Positions 1-8,529 of a stretch of 64,000 nucleotides of DNA are shown piece after piece. Source of the DNA: Candidatus Latescibacterota bacterium. Lineage in GTDB: Bacteria; Latescibacterota; UBA2968; GCA-2709665. The position numbers and the translations under genes were made by a program. The notes under the pieces were generated by a model. It saw nothing but the letters and a program-made list of their open reading frames with translations, did no database searches and had not been told where the DNA came from. The first letter of the stretch is position 1; each line of letters begins with the position of its first letter. The stretch spans positions 1,312,001 to 1,376,000 of the forward strand of contig OZ244937.1 of NCBI GenBank assembly GCA_965222075.1, in the 5' to 3' direction.

Positions 1-2
1 TC

Positions 3-1229
3 GCCGTCCTGGAGCGGCAGGGGATGGCGATCAATTCGGGTTTTTTGACCGGACACGGGGCGGTGCGCCAGGCAGTGATGGGGCAGTCGGCGGAGGCGCC
101 TTCGCGGGGCGAGATGGATGTGATGAAAGGTCTGGTGGCGGTGCAGATGGAAGCGGGGGCGCTGGGGCTGTCGACCGGATTGACCTATGTGCCGGGGAGT
201 TATGCGAGCACAGAGGAGATTATTGAACTGGCGGCGGTGACAGCGCCCTACGGGGGGATCTACGCCACCCATATGAGGAATTACACGGCTTCGATTATGG
301 AGGCGCTGGAGGAGGCGATCAGGATCGGGCGGGAGGCGGGTGTGCCGGTGCACGCCTCGCATATTACGCCCTGCCCTCCGGCCACGGGGAGCGCCGGAAA
401 GCTTTTGGAGCGCATCGACCGGGCGCAGGCAGAGGGGTGGGATGTGACGGCCGAGACGGAGTTCTATGCCACGGGGTCAACCTCTCTGAAATCCCTGCTG
501 CCGCCCTGGGCGCTGGTGGGCGGGAATGGGGCGATGGTGAAACGGCTGGCGCAGAAGAGGCTGCGGAAGCGGATGTGGCGGGAGATCCGGGAGAAGGGGT
601 CCGAGCTGGGCGGGAGCACCAAGACGGTTTTGATGCAGCAGGGCCTGTGGAATAAGCTGTGGTTGGGCAACTGCGCGGTCAATACAGGGTTGACGGGGAA
701 GACGTTTGCCCAGATCGGCCGTTTGCGGAAGACGGGCCCCTTCGATGCGATTTGTGATATCCTGACTGAAGAAGAGGGGGCGGTGAGCTTCTATGGGGAG
801 GACAAGACGGAGGAGGATATCGACCGGCTTGTACAGGGCGCACACTGCGGCGTGGGTTCAGACGGGCTGGCGCTGGCCAACGAAGGCCCATTGGCGGAGG
901 AGCGGGAACATCCACGCTGTTACGGCGGCATGGCCTATTTGATCCGCACGCTGGTCCGCGAACGGAAGGTGCGGCCGCTGGAGAGCGTGGTGCAGAAGGT
1001 GACGCAGTTTCCGGCCCGGCGCATGGGGTTTACGGACCGGGGGCTTCTGGAAGAGGGGATGCTGGCCGATCTGGTAGTCTTTGATACCGAAAGGATCTCG
1101 GATCGGGCGACGATCAACGATCCCTGCGTATACTCGGAGGGCGTTCTGTGGTCTTTTGTAAACGGGATCGCAGTTCTTTCTTCGGGCCGCGCAACGGGAG
1201 AGCGGCCCGGACGGGTTTTGAGAAATTGA
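3..1229 (+). CDS. N-acyl-D-amino-acid deacylase / D-aminoacylase family amidohydrolase (5' partial)
   Basis: Frame is open from the window start. Motifs GALGLSTGLTYVPG, YATHMRN, GSDG, HPRCYG, RGLLEEGMLADLVVFD are typical of D-aminoacylases. Confidence 0.85.
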   Translation, partial: AVLERQGMAINSGFLTGHGAVRQAVMGQSAEAPSRGEMDVMKGLVAVQMEAGALGLSTGLTYVPGSYASTEEIIELAAVTAPYGGIYATHMRNYTASIMEALEEAIRIGREAGVPVHASHITPCPPATGSAGKLLERIDRAQAEGWDVTAETEFYATGSTSLKSLLPPWALVGGNGAMVKRLAQKRLRKRMWREIREKGSELGGSTKTVLMQQGLWNKLWLGNCAVNTGLTGKTFAQIGRLRKTGPFDAICDILTEEEGAVSFYGEDKTEEDIDRLVQGAHCGVGSDGLALANEGPLAEEREHPRCYGGMAYLIRTLVRERKVRPLESVVQKVTQFPARRMGFTDRGLLEEGMLADLVVFDTERISDRATINDPCVYSEGVLWSFVNGIAVLSSGRATGERPGRVLRN

Positions 1230-1242
1230 AAGGGAGCAGGAT

Positions 1243-3501
1243 GTGAGAAACCGGTTCCGGATGGTGGTTTTTATGGTGCTGGCAGGATCTGTCCCGGCCA
1301 GCGCCGAGAAGGGTGTGGCTGCCTCTGCGGTGACCATAGCGGACAGCCTGGCCGCGCTGGGGGTGGCGCGGGATTCGCTGTTTGTACCACCGGCCGGACA
1401 GGCGCGCATTCTACGGGACCGTTATGGCGTGCCCCACATCTATGGTGAGACGGATGTGGATGTGGCGTTCGGGTTTGGGTTCGCACAGGCCCAGGACCAC
1501 CTGATTCCAATGCTGTTGAACTATCGGGCGGCGGGAGGGCGGCTGTCGGAGGTCCTGGGGCAGGGGGCTTTGGAGAGCGACTACAAGGCCCTGCTGTGGC
1601 GTATTCACAGTGTGGCGGGGGAGCGCTACGGGTCTATTTCCGAGCCAACGCGGGACCTGATCGGCGCTTTTGTAAAGGGGATCAATCACTATATCGAGGT
1701 ACATCGGCAGGCGCTGCCAGGCTGGGTTGAAGCGGTGAGCGGGACCGATGTGGTGGCCCTGTCCCGGTGGCTGAATCTATATTTTTCGGAGCGGACCGGG
1801 TGGCGGGAACTGGCGCAGAAGGGGCTTCTGTCGGGCCCATCGCCGGTCGGATCGAACCAGTGGGTGGTAGGACCGTCCCGCTCGAGTACGGGCAGCCCGA
1901 TTTTTGTGATGGATCTGCACCTGCCCTGGAGACCGCCGTTGCAGATGTACGAGGCGCACCTGGTGAGCCGGGAGGGGTTGAATGTGGCAGGGGCGACCTT
2001 TTTCGGGCTGCCGGTGGTTGTGGTGGGACATACCGATCGAATCGCCTGGTCGATGACGGTGAATGACACCGATGTATTCGATCTTTACGAGGAGAAGCTG
2101 GATCCGGCAAATCCGAGGCGTTATCTCTACGAACGAGAGAAGCAGCGGATGTCTTCACGGCGGGTGAAGATCCGGGTGCGGCAGGAGAAGGGCACGGTTG
2201 AGGTCAAACGGGAGCTGCTCTACACGCATCACGGCCCCGTGTACAAGGTGGTGGAGGACTGGGCCTACGCGGCCCGGTCGAGTATGCAGGATGTGGTCAA
2301 TACCATCGGGCAGCTCTATGCGATGAACCGCGCGCAGGATCTGAACGCGTTTCGCCGGGCGATGGCGCAGCTGGAGCTGCCGATGTTCCATGTCATGTAC
2401 GGGGATGTGGACGGCAACCTCTTCTATGTGTTCAACGCCCGGTGCCCAACGCGAGCGGAAAGGTTCGACTGGCGATCAGCGGTGCCGGGGTGGACCGTGG
2501 AGACGGAGTGGGGCGCGATCCTGGAATTCAACCGTCTGCCGCAGGTGACCAACCCGCCCTCAGGTTTTATGCAGAATTGCAACGTGGCCGCGCACCTGGT
2601 CACGGTTGAGAGCGGCCTTGATCCGGATGTGTTTCCTGCCTATCTGGGATGGGGAGAGGCGAACGACCGGGGGCGGCGGGCGTTGGGCTGGCTCTTTGTG
2701 CACCCCCTCAGCACGGTTGGAGGGATGAGGCGGATGGCGAGAGACGAGTACCTGATTGCGGCAGAGGAGTTGAAAGGGATCATCCTGCGGGCCTACAACC
2801 GGGTCTGGCAGGAGATCTACGACCCGGACGGGCGCCTGGCCCTGGCTGTGGACCTGCTTCGGAACTGGGACAATCGGGCGACGGTGGAGAGCCGGGGGAC
2901 GCTGCTTTTTTCGGTGTGGAAGGAGCGGTTTGATCCCCTGTTCAAGCAGAACACGGCCGACCAGCGGCGGGATATGCTGGCCCTGGAGAAGCTGGCTTTA
3001 GAGGCCCTGCGCATGGCGGTGGAGTATATGATGGAAACTTATGGCCGGCTGGATGTGCGGTGGGGCGAGGTCCACGTGATCGACCGGGGGGGGAGAATCT
3101 TTCCGGTGGGCGGCTCTCCTCCCAGGACCGAAGCGCTTCATACCACGTGGGCAGAACAGGGAGAGGATGGCCTGCTGCGTGTGATCGGCGGGTCGGCCTT
3201 TACGATGGTGGTGTCCCTGTCCCAGCCGGTGCAGGCCTGGAGCCTCCTCCCGTATGGAAATAGTGAGGATGCGCGTTCACCCCATTACAGCGATCAGGCA
3301 GCGCTGCAGGGCCGGGAGGGGGACAAACCGGCCTGGTTCGGCCAGGCGGAGATCGCCCGGAATCTGGAGGCCGTTACCACGGTGCCCCTGCACCCGGAGG
3401 AGGCCGAACGGGTGAAGGCGCTGTGGCGGTTGAAAGGCGAAAGTCCCGAGTCGCCTGCCTGCGACGGATTCTCGTCAGGCAGGTCGGAAAAGGAGAGATA
3501 A
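1243..3501 (+). CDS. Penicillin acylase family (Ntn hydrolase), secreted
   Basis: Signal peptide; RDRYGVPHIYG, FGFAQAQD; beta-chain nucleophile GSNQWVVG; DLHLPW; SPHYSDQA. Confidence 0.9.
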   Translation: MRNRFRMVVFMVLAGSVPASAEKGVAASAVTIADSLAALGVARDSLFVPPAGQARILRDRYGVPHIYGETDVDVAFGFGFAQAQDHLIPMLLNYRAAGGRLSEVLGQGALESDYKALLWRIHSVAGERYGSISEPTRDLIGAFVKGINHYIEVHRQALPGWVEAVSGTDVVALSRWLNLYFSERTGWRELAQKGLLSGPSPVGSNQWVVGPSRSSTGSPIFVMDLHLPWRPPLQMYEAHLVSREGLNVAGATFFGLPVVVVGHTDRIAWSMTVNDTDVFDLYEEKLDPANPRRYLYEREKQRMSSRRVKIRVRQEKGTVEVKRELLYTHHGPVYKVVEDWAYAARSSMQDVVNTIGQLYAMNRAQDLNAFRRAMAQLELPMFHVMYGDVDGNLFYVFNARCPTRAERFDWRSAVPGWTVETEWGAILEFNRLPQVTNPPSGFMQNCNVAAHLVTVESGLDPDVFPAYLGWGEANDRGRRALGWLFVHPLSTVGGMRRMARDEYLIAAEELKGIILRAYNRVWQEIYDPDGRLALAVDLLRNWDNRATVESRGTLLFSVWKERFDPLFKQNTADQRRDMLALEKLALEALRMAVEYMMETYGRLDVRWGEVHVIDRGGRIFPVGGSPPRTEALHTTWAEQGEDGLLRVIGGSAFTMVVSLSQPVQAWSLLPYGNSEDARSPHYSDQAALQGREGDKPAWFGQAEIARNLEAVTTVPLHPEEAERVKALWRLKGESPESPACDGFSSGRSEKER

Positions 3502-3510
3502 GGAGAGGGC

Positions 3511-4281
3511 ATGGTGCTGCCGAGTATGCGGCTGGATGGGAAGGTGGTAATGGTCACGGGCGCGGGGTCCGGCATTGGGAAGGCCGTGGCGGTTGCCATT
3601 TCCGAAGCGGGGGCGGACTGCGTGCCGTGTGAGTTGCCGGAAAAGATGGCGGATCTGGATGCGGTCTGCGGGGAGATCCGGGCGCTGGGGCGCAAGGCCC
3701 ACCCCATGCCGCTTCGCCTGCCCGATTTGGAGAGTATCGATTCGCTGGTTGCCGGTGCGGTGGCAGAGATGGGGCGGATCGATGTGCTGGTGAACAATGC
3801 CGGCATCAATATCCCGCGGGATGCCCTGGAGGTAACAGAAGCGGACTGGGACCGTGTGCTGGACGTGAACCTGAAGGGGCTGTTTTTCCTTTCGCAGCGG
3901 GTGGCCCGGCACATGGTGGAGGCCGGTGGGGGGAAGATCGTGAATATGGCCTCCCAGAACGGGGTGATCGGGTATTACAAGCGGGCGGCTTACTGTTCGA
4001 GCAAGGCCGGGGTGGTCAATCTGACCCGCGTTCTGGCCCTGGAGTGGGCGCCCCACCACGTCAACGTCAATGCGGTGGGGCCCACGTTTATTCTGACGCC
4101 GCTGACGCAGTCGACGTTTGACGATCCGGCCCTGCGGGAGGATTTGCTGAAGCGGATTCCACTGGGCCGCGTGGGGCAGCCGGAGGACGTGGTGGGGGCT
4201 GTGGTATTTCTCTCAAGCCCGGCGGCGGATCTGATTACAGGGCACACGCTGCTGGTGGATGGGGGGTGGACGGCTCTGTAG
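3511..4281 (+). CDS. Short-chain dehydrogenase/reductase (SDR)
   Basis: TGAGSGIG, NNAG, YCSSK catalytic motif, VDGG C-terminus. Confidence 0.92.
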   Translation: MVLPSMRLDGKVVMVTGAGSGIGKAVAVAISEAGADCVPCELPEKMADLDAVCGEIRALGRKAHPMPLRLPDLESIDSLVAGAVAEMGRIDVLVNNAGINIPRDALEVTEADWDRVLDVNLKGLFFLSQRVARHMVEAGGGKIVNMASQNGVIGYYKRAAYCSSKAGVVNLTRVLALEWAPHHVNVNAVGPTFILTPLTQSTFDDPALREDLLKRIPLGRVGQPEDVVGAVVFLSSPAADLITGHTLLVDGGWTAL

Positions 4282-4346
4282 TGGGATTGTGTATTCAAGA
4301 TGGTTCATTCCACAATCCGTAATTGAATGCGAAGGGGGAACAGACG

Positions 4347-5348
4347 ATGCGTGAACTGGCGTCCGGCAAAGGTCCCCTGTTTACGGATCCTGACCCCGAG
4401 GCTGCACGGGCCTTTTTCCGGGAGAAGAAGGGGGCGCTTGAAGACAAGGTGATGTCCGTGAAGGAGGCGGTGTCCCACTTCGTCAAGGATGGGGATTACG
4501 TGGCGTCCGGGGGGTTTGGGGCCAACCGGATCTGTACGGCGGGCATGCACGAGATTTTGCGGCAGGGAAAACGCAACCTGGGGTTTGCGGGGCATACGAC
4601 GACGCACGATTTCCAGATCCTGGCGGCGGGAAACCGGAACGGGGAAAAGCTGCTGGCCCGTGTGGATGCGGCCTATATTGTGGGGCTGGAGGCCCGGGGG
4701 CTGTCTCCACAGGCCCGGGGAGTGATGCAGAGCGGGGACGTGGAGGTGTGCGAGTGGACGAATTTTGCGCTGGCCTGCCGCTTCCGGGCAGCGGCGGCCG
4801 GGGTGCCTTTTATGCCCATGCGGAGTTTGCTGGGTACCGATACGTTCACGCACAGCGCGGCCAAGGAAATCGAATGTCCCTTTACGGGGCGCAAGCTCCT
4901 GGCCGTGCCCGCGCTCTATCCGGATGTGTCGTTTATTCACGTGCACGAAAGCGACTGCTACGGCAACTGCCGGATCAGGGGGATCTCGGTGGCGGACTTC
5001 GAACTGTCCCGGGCTTCGAAGCGGCTGATCGTAACGGCGGAGCGAATCGTAAGCAACGAGGAGATCCGGCACGAACCCCACGCGACGGTGATTCCGTCTT
5101 TTTGCGTGGACGCGGTGTGCGAGGTCCCCTTCGGGTCGTATCCGGGGAATATGCCGGGCGAGTATTTCTCGGATGAGGAACACCTCCAGGAGTGGCTGGA
5201 GGCGGAACGGGATGGGGCGGCGCTGGAGGCCTTTCTGCAGAAGTATATTTACGGTGTGCCGGATTTTGAGCGCTATGTGCAGCTCTGCGGCGGTCTGGAG
5301 CGGATCAAAGCACTCCGGGCGCTGGAACTGTTCTCCAGGGAGGGGTGA
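4347..5348 (+). CDS. CoA transferase subunit A (glutaconate CoA-transferase alpha-like)
   Basis: VKDGDYVASGG, AAAAGVPFMP, LLGTD, CPFTG, PFGSYP. RBS-like GGGGAA before ATG 4347. Confidence 0.85.
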   Translation: MRELASGKGPLFTDPDPEAARAFFREKKGALEDKVMSVKEAVSHFVKDGDYVASGGFGANRICTAGMHEILRQGKRNLGFAGHTTTHDFQILAAGNRNGEKLLARVDAAYIVGLEARGLSPQARGVMQSGDVEVCEWTNFALACRFRAAAAGVPFMPMRSLLGTDTFTHSAAKEIECPFTGRKLLAVPALYPDVSFIHVHESDCYGNCRIRGISVADFELSRASKRLIVTAERIVSNEEIRHEPHATVIPSFCVDAVCEVPFGSYPGNMPGEYFSDEEHLQEWLEAERDGAALEAFLQKYIYGVPDFERYVQLCGGLERIKALRALELFSREG

Positions 5349-5351
5349 CCC

Positions 5352-6119
5352 GTGGCCGACTACAATGCGATGGAACTGATGATCTGCGTGGCGTCCCGGT
5401 TGCTGGAGGACGGTGCGACGGTGGGGGTGGGCACGGGGGCGCCCTGCGCCACGGCGATGCTGGCCCAGAAGGGACACGCGCCGAACCTCCTGGTGGTGTT
5501 CGAAGCGGGCGGGCTGGCGCCCAGGCTGCCTTCGATGCCGATTTCCGTGGGAGACTCGCGGACGTTTTACCAGGGGCTGATGGCGACGGGGATGGGCGAT
5601 ATTATGGACGCCTGCCAGCGCGGGGTGGTGGACTATACCTTTCTGGGCGGGGCGCAGATCGATGCGTATGGAAACCTCAATTCCACGGTGATCGGCGCGT
5701 ATGAAAAACCAAAGGTCCGATTCCCGGGCAGCGGCGGGGCGAACGATTTTGCGAGTTTCTGCTGGCGGACGCTGGTGATGACCCAGCACGACCGTCGGCG
5801 GTTCGTGGAGCGGCTGGATTTTGTGACCACGCCGGGATATCTGACGGGGCCTGGGGCGAGAGAGGCGGCGGGGTTGCCGGGGGATTCCGGGCCATACAAG
5901 GTGATTACGGATCTTGCAGTGATGGGGTTCGATGGGGAGACGAAGCGGATGCAGGTGGAGAGCCTGCACCCCGGGGTGAGGTTTGAGCAGGTGCGGGAGC
6001 ATACGGGGTTCGAGCTGCTGGAGGCTTCGGAGATTGGTGAGACCGAGCCGCCGCAGGCGGAGGAGCTCCGGATTTTGAGGGATGAGGTGGACCCTTACCG
6101 TTACGTTATCGGAAGGTGA
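5352..6119 (+). CDS. CoA transferase subunit B (glutaconate CoA-transferase beta-like)
   Basis: VGTGAP, FEAG, FLGGAQIDAYGNLN, PGSGGAND, DFVTTPG. Confidence 0.88.
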   Translation: MADYNAMELMICVASRLLEDGATVGVGTGAPCATAMLAQKGHAPNLLVVFEAGGLAPRLPSMPISVGDSRTFYQGLMATGMGDIMDACQRGVVDYTFLGGAQIDAYGNLNSTVIGAYEKPKVRFPGSGGANDFASFCWRTLVMTQHDRRRFVERLDFVTTPGYLTGPGAREAAGLPGDSGPYKVITDLAVMGFDGETKRMQVESLHPGVRFEQVREHTGFELLEASEIGETEPPQAEELRILRDEVDPYRYVIGR

Positions 6120-6192
6120 TTGTGCGGGAACGCGCGTGAGGCGCTCTTACAGGCGACGAGTTGAAGGCTGCTTTATATCGGGAGGTCGTTCC

Positions 6193-7056
6193 ATGCCATC
6201 TGTACGCGAGATCTACAAGTTTGACGAGCTCACCTGGCCCGAGGTCAACCAGGCCGCTGCAATGGGGAAGATTCCGATTCTCCCCACGGGCGCTGTGGAG
6301 CAGCACGGCCACCATCTGCCGCTGAAGGTAGACCACCTCTGTGCGACTGCGGTGGCGACGGAGGCCGCGCGTCTGAAACCGGAGTTCAGTCTGGTCCTGC
6401 CCCCGGTGAGCTACGGCTACGTGCACCACGTGATGGACTTTCCAGGCGCTTTGAATATCCATTTCGAGCACTTTATTCAGTATGTGTTAGACATCTGCAA
6501 GAGCCTGGCCTACCACGGGTTCAAGAAGATTGTGCTGGTGAACGGCCACGGCTCGAATCACAATCTGGTGGATATGGTGGCCCGGCGGACGATCGTGGAG
6601 ACGGATGCCAGTTGCGTGTTCTGCAGCTGGTGGCAGCTGCTGAAAGTGAAGCCGGATTTCGACGAGCAGTGGCGGGAGAGCGTGTACCCCGGCGGGTGCT
6701 CGCACGCCGGCGAGCTGGAGACGTCGATGCTGCTTTACCTGGCACCGGAGAGCGTGCGGAAGGATAAGATCAAGAGTGAGATTGCCAGGACCAACAAGCT
6801 GGGCTCAAAGTTTATCTGGACCGATCTGTTTGCCAGAGGACCGATGGGGCTTATTGAGTGGACCAGCCAGTACTCCGACAGCGGCGTGATGGGCGAGGCC
6901 GAGAAGGCCACGGCCGGGAAGGGCAGGATCGTGTTTGAAGAGGCCAGCAGGAACCTGGCTGAATTTATCGAGGAGTACCATGCGCTCAAAATAGAGAAGC
7001 GCACCCCACACCAGGCGGAAGAGCCGACCATTCCGCTGTCTTTTCCGACAGATTAG
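6193..7056 (+). CDS. Creatininase family amidohydrolase
   Basis: LTWPE, GAVEQHGHHLPLKVD, NGHGSN, HAGELETS. GGAGG RBS before ATG 6193. Confidence 0.9.
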   Translation: MPSVREIYKFDELTWPEVNQAAAMGKIPILPTGAVEQHGHHLPLKVDHLCATAVATEAARLKPEFSLVLPPVSYGYVHHVMDFPGALNIHFEHFIQYVLDICKSLAYHGFKKIVLVNGHGSNHNLVDMVARRTIVETDASCVFCSWWQLLKVKPDFDEQWRESVYPGGCSHAGELETSMLLYLAPESVRKDKIKSEIARTNKLGSKFIWTDLFARGPMGLIEWTSQYSDSGVMGEAEKATAGKGRIVFEEASRNLAEFIEEYHALKIEKRTPHQAEEPTIPLSFPTD

Positions 7057-7126
7057 AAGCATTGGGGAATGCGGATTTCCGTTTTCCGCATTCTGAAATC
7101 CGCAATTGTTATCAGGAGGGAACGAG

Positions 7127-8101
7127 ATGAAACTGGCGACTTTTGCAGTCAAGGGGCAAGCGTTCGTGGGCGCCGTGGTGGCGGATGATAAGATCGTGAT
7201 TGGCCTGGCGGCGGCCGACCGGGCGCTGGCGCGGCGGGAGAAGCGGCCGGCGCATCCTTTTTTTGGGGATATGCTGGCGCTCCTGGAGGCCGGCGGCAAG
7301 GGCAAGAGCGCGGCCAGGAAAGCCGCGAAGGCGGCTCTGGACAGGCTGGGCGACCCTCCCAGAGTGGACGGCAGGGTCGCTCACCCGGTGAACCGGGGCA
7401 GGCTCCGGGCGCCGATTCCCAACCCGCGCAAGGTGTTTTGCCTGGCCGGCAACTTCCAGGACCACATCGAGGAGGGCGGCGGCAAGATGACGGCCCAGGA
7501 CAAGGAGACGCCCCGGGTGTTTATGAAGCCCCCGTCTTCGACGGTTATCGGGCCGAACGACAGAATCCTGATTCCGCCCGTTGCCCGGTCCATCGACTGG
7601 GAGGGTGAGCTGGCCGTGGTGATGGGGCGAAAGGCCAAGGGGGTGAAGGCTGAGGATGCGCTCAGGTACGTGGCAGGCTATACCGTGATGAACGACGTGT
7701 CCGAGCGCGATTTGCTTATCAAAGCGCGCAGCGAGAGCCGCGAGCGGGACAAGTGGTTCGACTGGCTCAACGGCAAATGGCTGGATACGTTTGCCCCCCA
7801 GGGGCCCTGGATCGTGACGGTGGACGAGATCCCCGATCCCCAGGTCCTGGACATCAGCACCTACATCAACGGCGAGCTCAAACAGCACAACAACACCGGC
7901 CAGATGCTCTATCCGGTGGCGCACATCATCGAGTACATCTCGGCGATTATCACCCTGGAACCGGGCGATCTCATCAGCACCGGCACCATCTCGGGGGTAG
8001 GGGCCACCACCGGCGAGTTCATGAAGCCCGGCGATAGGGTGGAGATCGAGATCTCTCAGATTGGTGTGCTGCGCAACAGGGTGGCCGCCAGCAAGGTGTA
8101 G
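7127..8101 (+). CDS. Fumarylacetoacetate hydrolase (FAH) family protein
   Basis: DWEGELAVV, GYTVMNDVSERD, GKWLDTFAPQGP, LEPGDLISTGT. AGGAGG RBS. Confidence 0.92.
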   Translation: MKLATFAVKGQAFVGAVVADDKIVIGLAAADRALARREKRPAHPFFGDMLALLEAGGKGKSAARKAAKAALDRLGDPPRVDGRVAHPVNRGRLRAPIPNPRKVFCLAGNFQDHIEEGGGKMTAQDKETPRVFMKPPSSTVIGPNDRILIPPVARSIDWEGELAVVMGRKAKGVKAEDALRYVAGYTVMNDVSERDLLIKARSESRERDKWFDWLNGKWLDTFAPQGPWIVTVDEIPDPQVLDISTYINGELKQHNNTGQMLYPVAHIIEYISAIITLEPGDLISTGTISGVGATTGEFMKPGDRVEIEISQIGVLRNRVAASKV

Positions 8102-8136
8102 GGCTGAATAATCTGAAGATGTCCGCCGACAAGGGT

Positions 8137-8185
8137 CAGAAGCCTGCACCGTGAAGCGTGCAGCTTCTGGCTCTTTTTTCTTTTT
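8137..8185 (+). terminator. Putative rho-independent terminator
   Basis: Stem CAGAAGCCTGCAC/GTGCAGCTTCTG followed by T-rich run, after the FAH stop. Confidence 0.65.
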
Positions 8186-8410
8186 GTCTGAGAACCCTTC
8201 TATTTCTATTCATTTTTTTGTTGACTTTTCATTGAAAACGGTCTATTGTTGGGTGTAAATAAACTAAAATAGAAATTCAAACTGTAAAATCAATAAAAAC
8301 GTAGTGTCAAGAAACGACTCTCTTCTGCTTCCCACCAACCTCTTCCCCGATGCACTGCGGCCGACAAGGTGGACCGGGGGCATCTCCCCCTGCCCCCGGT
8401 CCACAATTGC

Positions 8411-8494
8411 AAGGAAGCTAAGCGGCTGGGCGTAACCCGACAGTCAATCATCAAGATTTGGATTGCAGAAAGACTGAAATTAAGGTCTGCTTGA
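8411..8494 (+). pseudogene. C-terminal remnant of a CopG/BrnA-type antitoxin
   Basis: Translates KEAKRLGVTRQSIIKIWIAERLKLRSA*, matching the ribbon-helix-helix C-terminus of BrnA/CopG antitoxins. No start or N-terminus. Confidence 0.6.
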
Positions 8495-8529
8495 ACCGAG
8501 TTCCAAAATCCAACGGTGAGAGGCCCCCA

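Noticed and set aside
4305-6002. Long antisense ORFs (565 aa here; also 7112..8149, 32868..34100, 42899..44449 and others)
   Set aside because: Shadow ORFs of well-supported genes in high-GC DNA, with no recognisable motifs.
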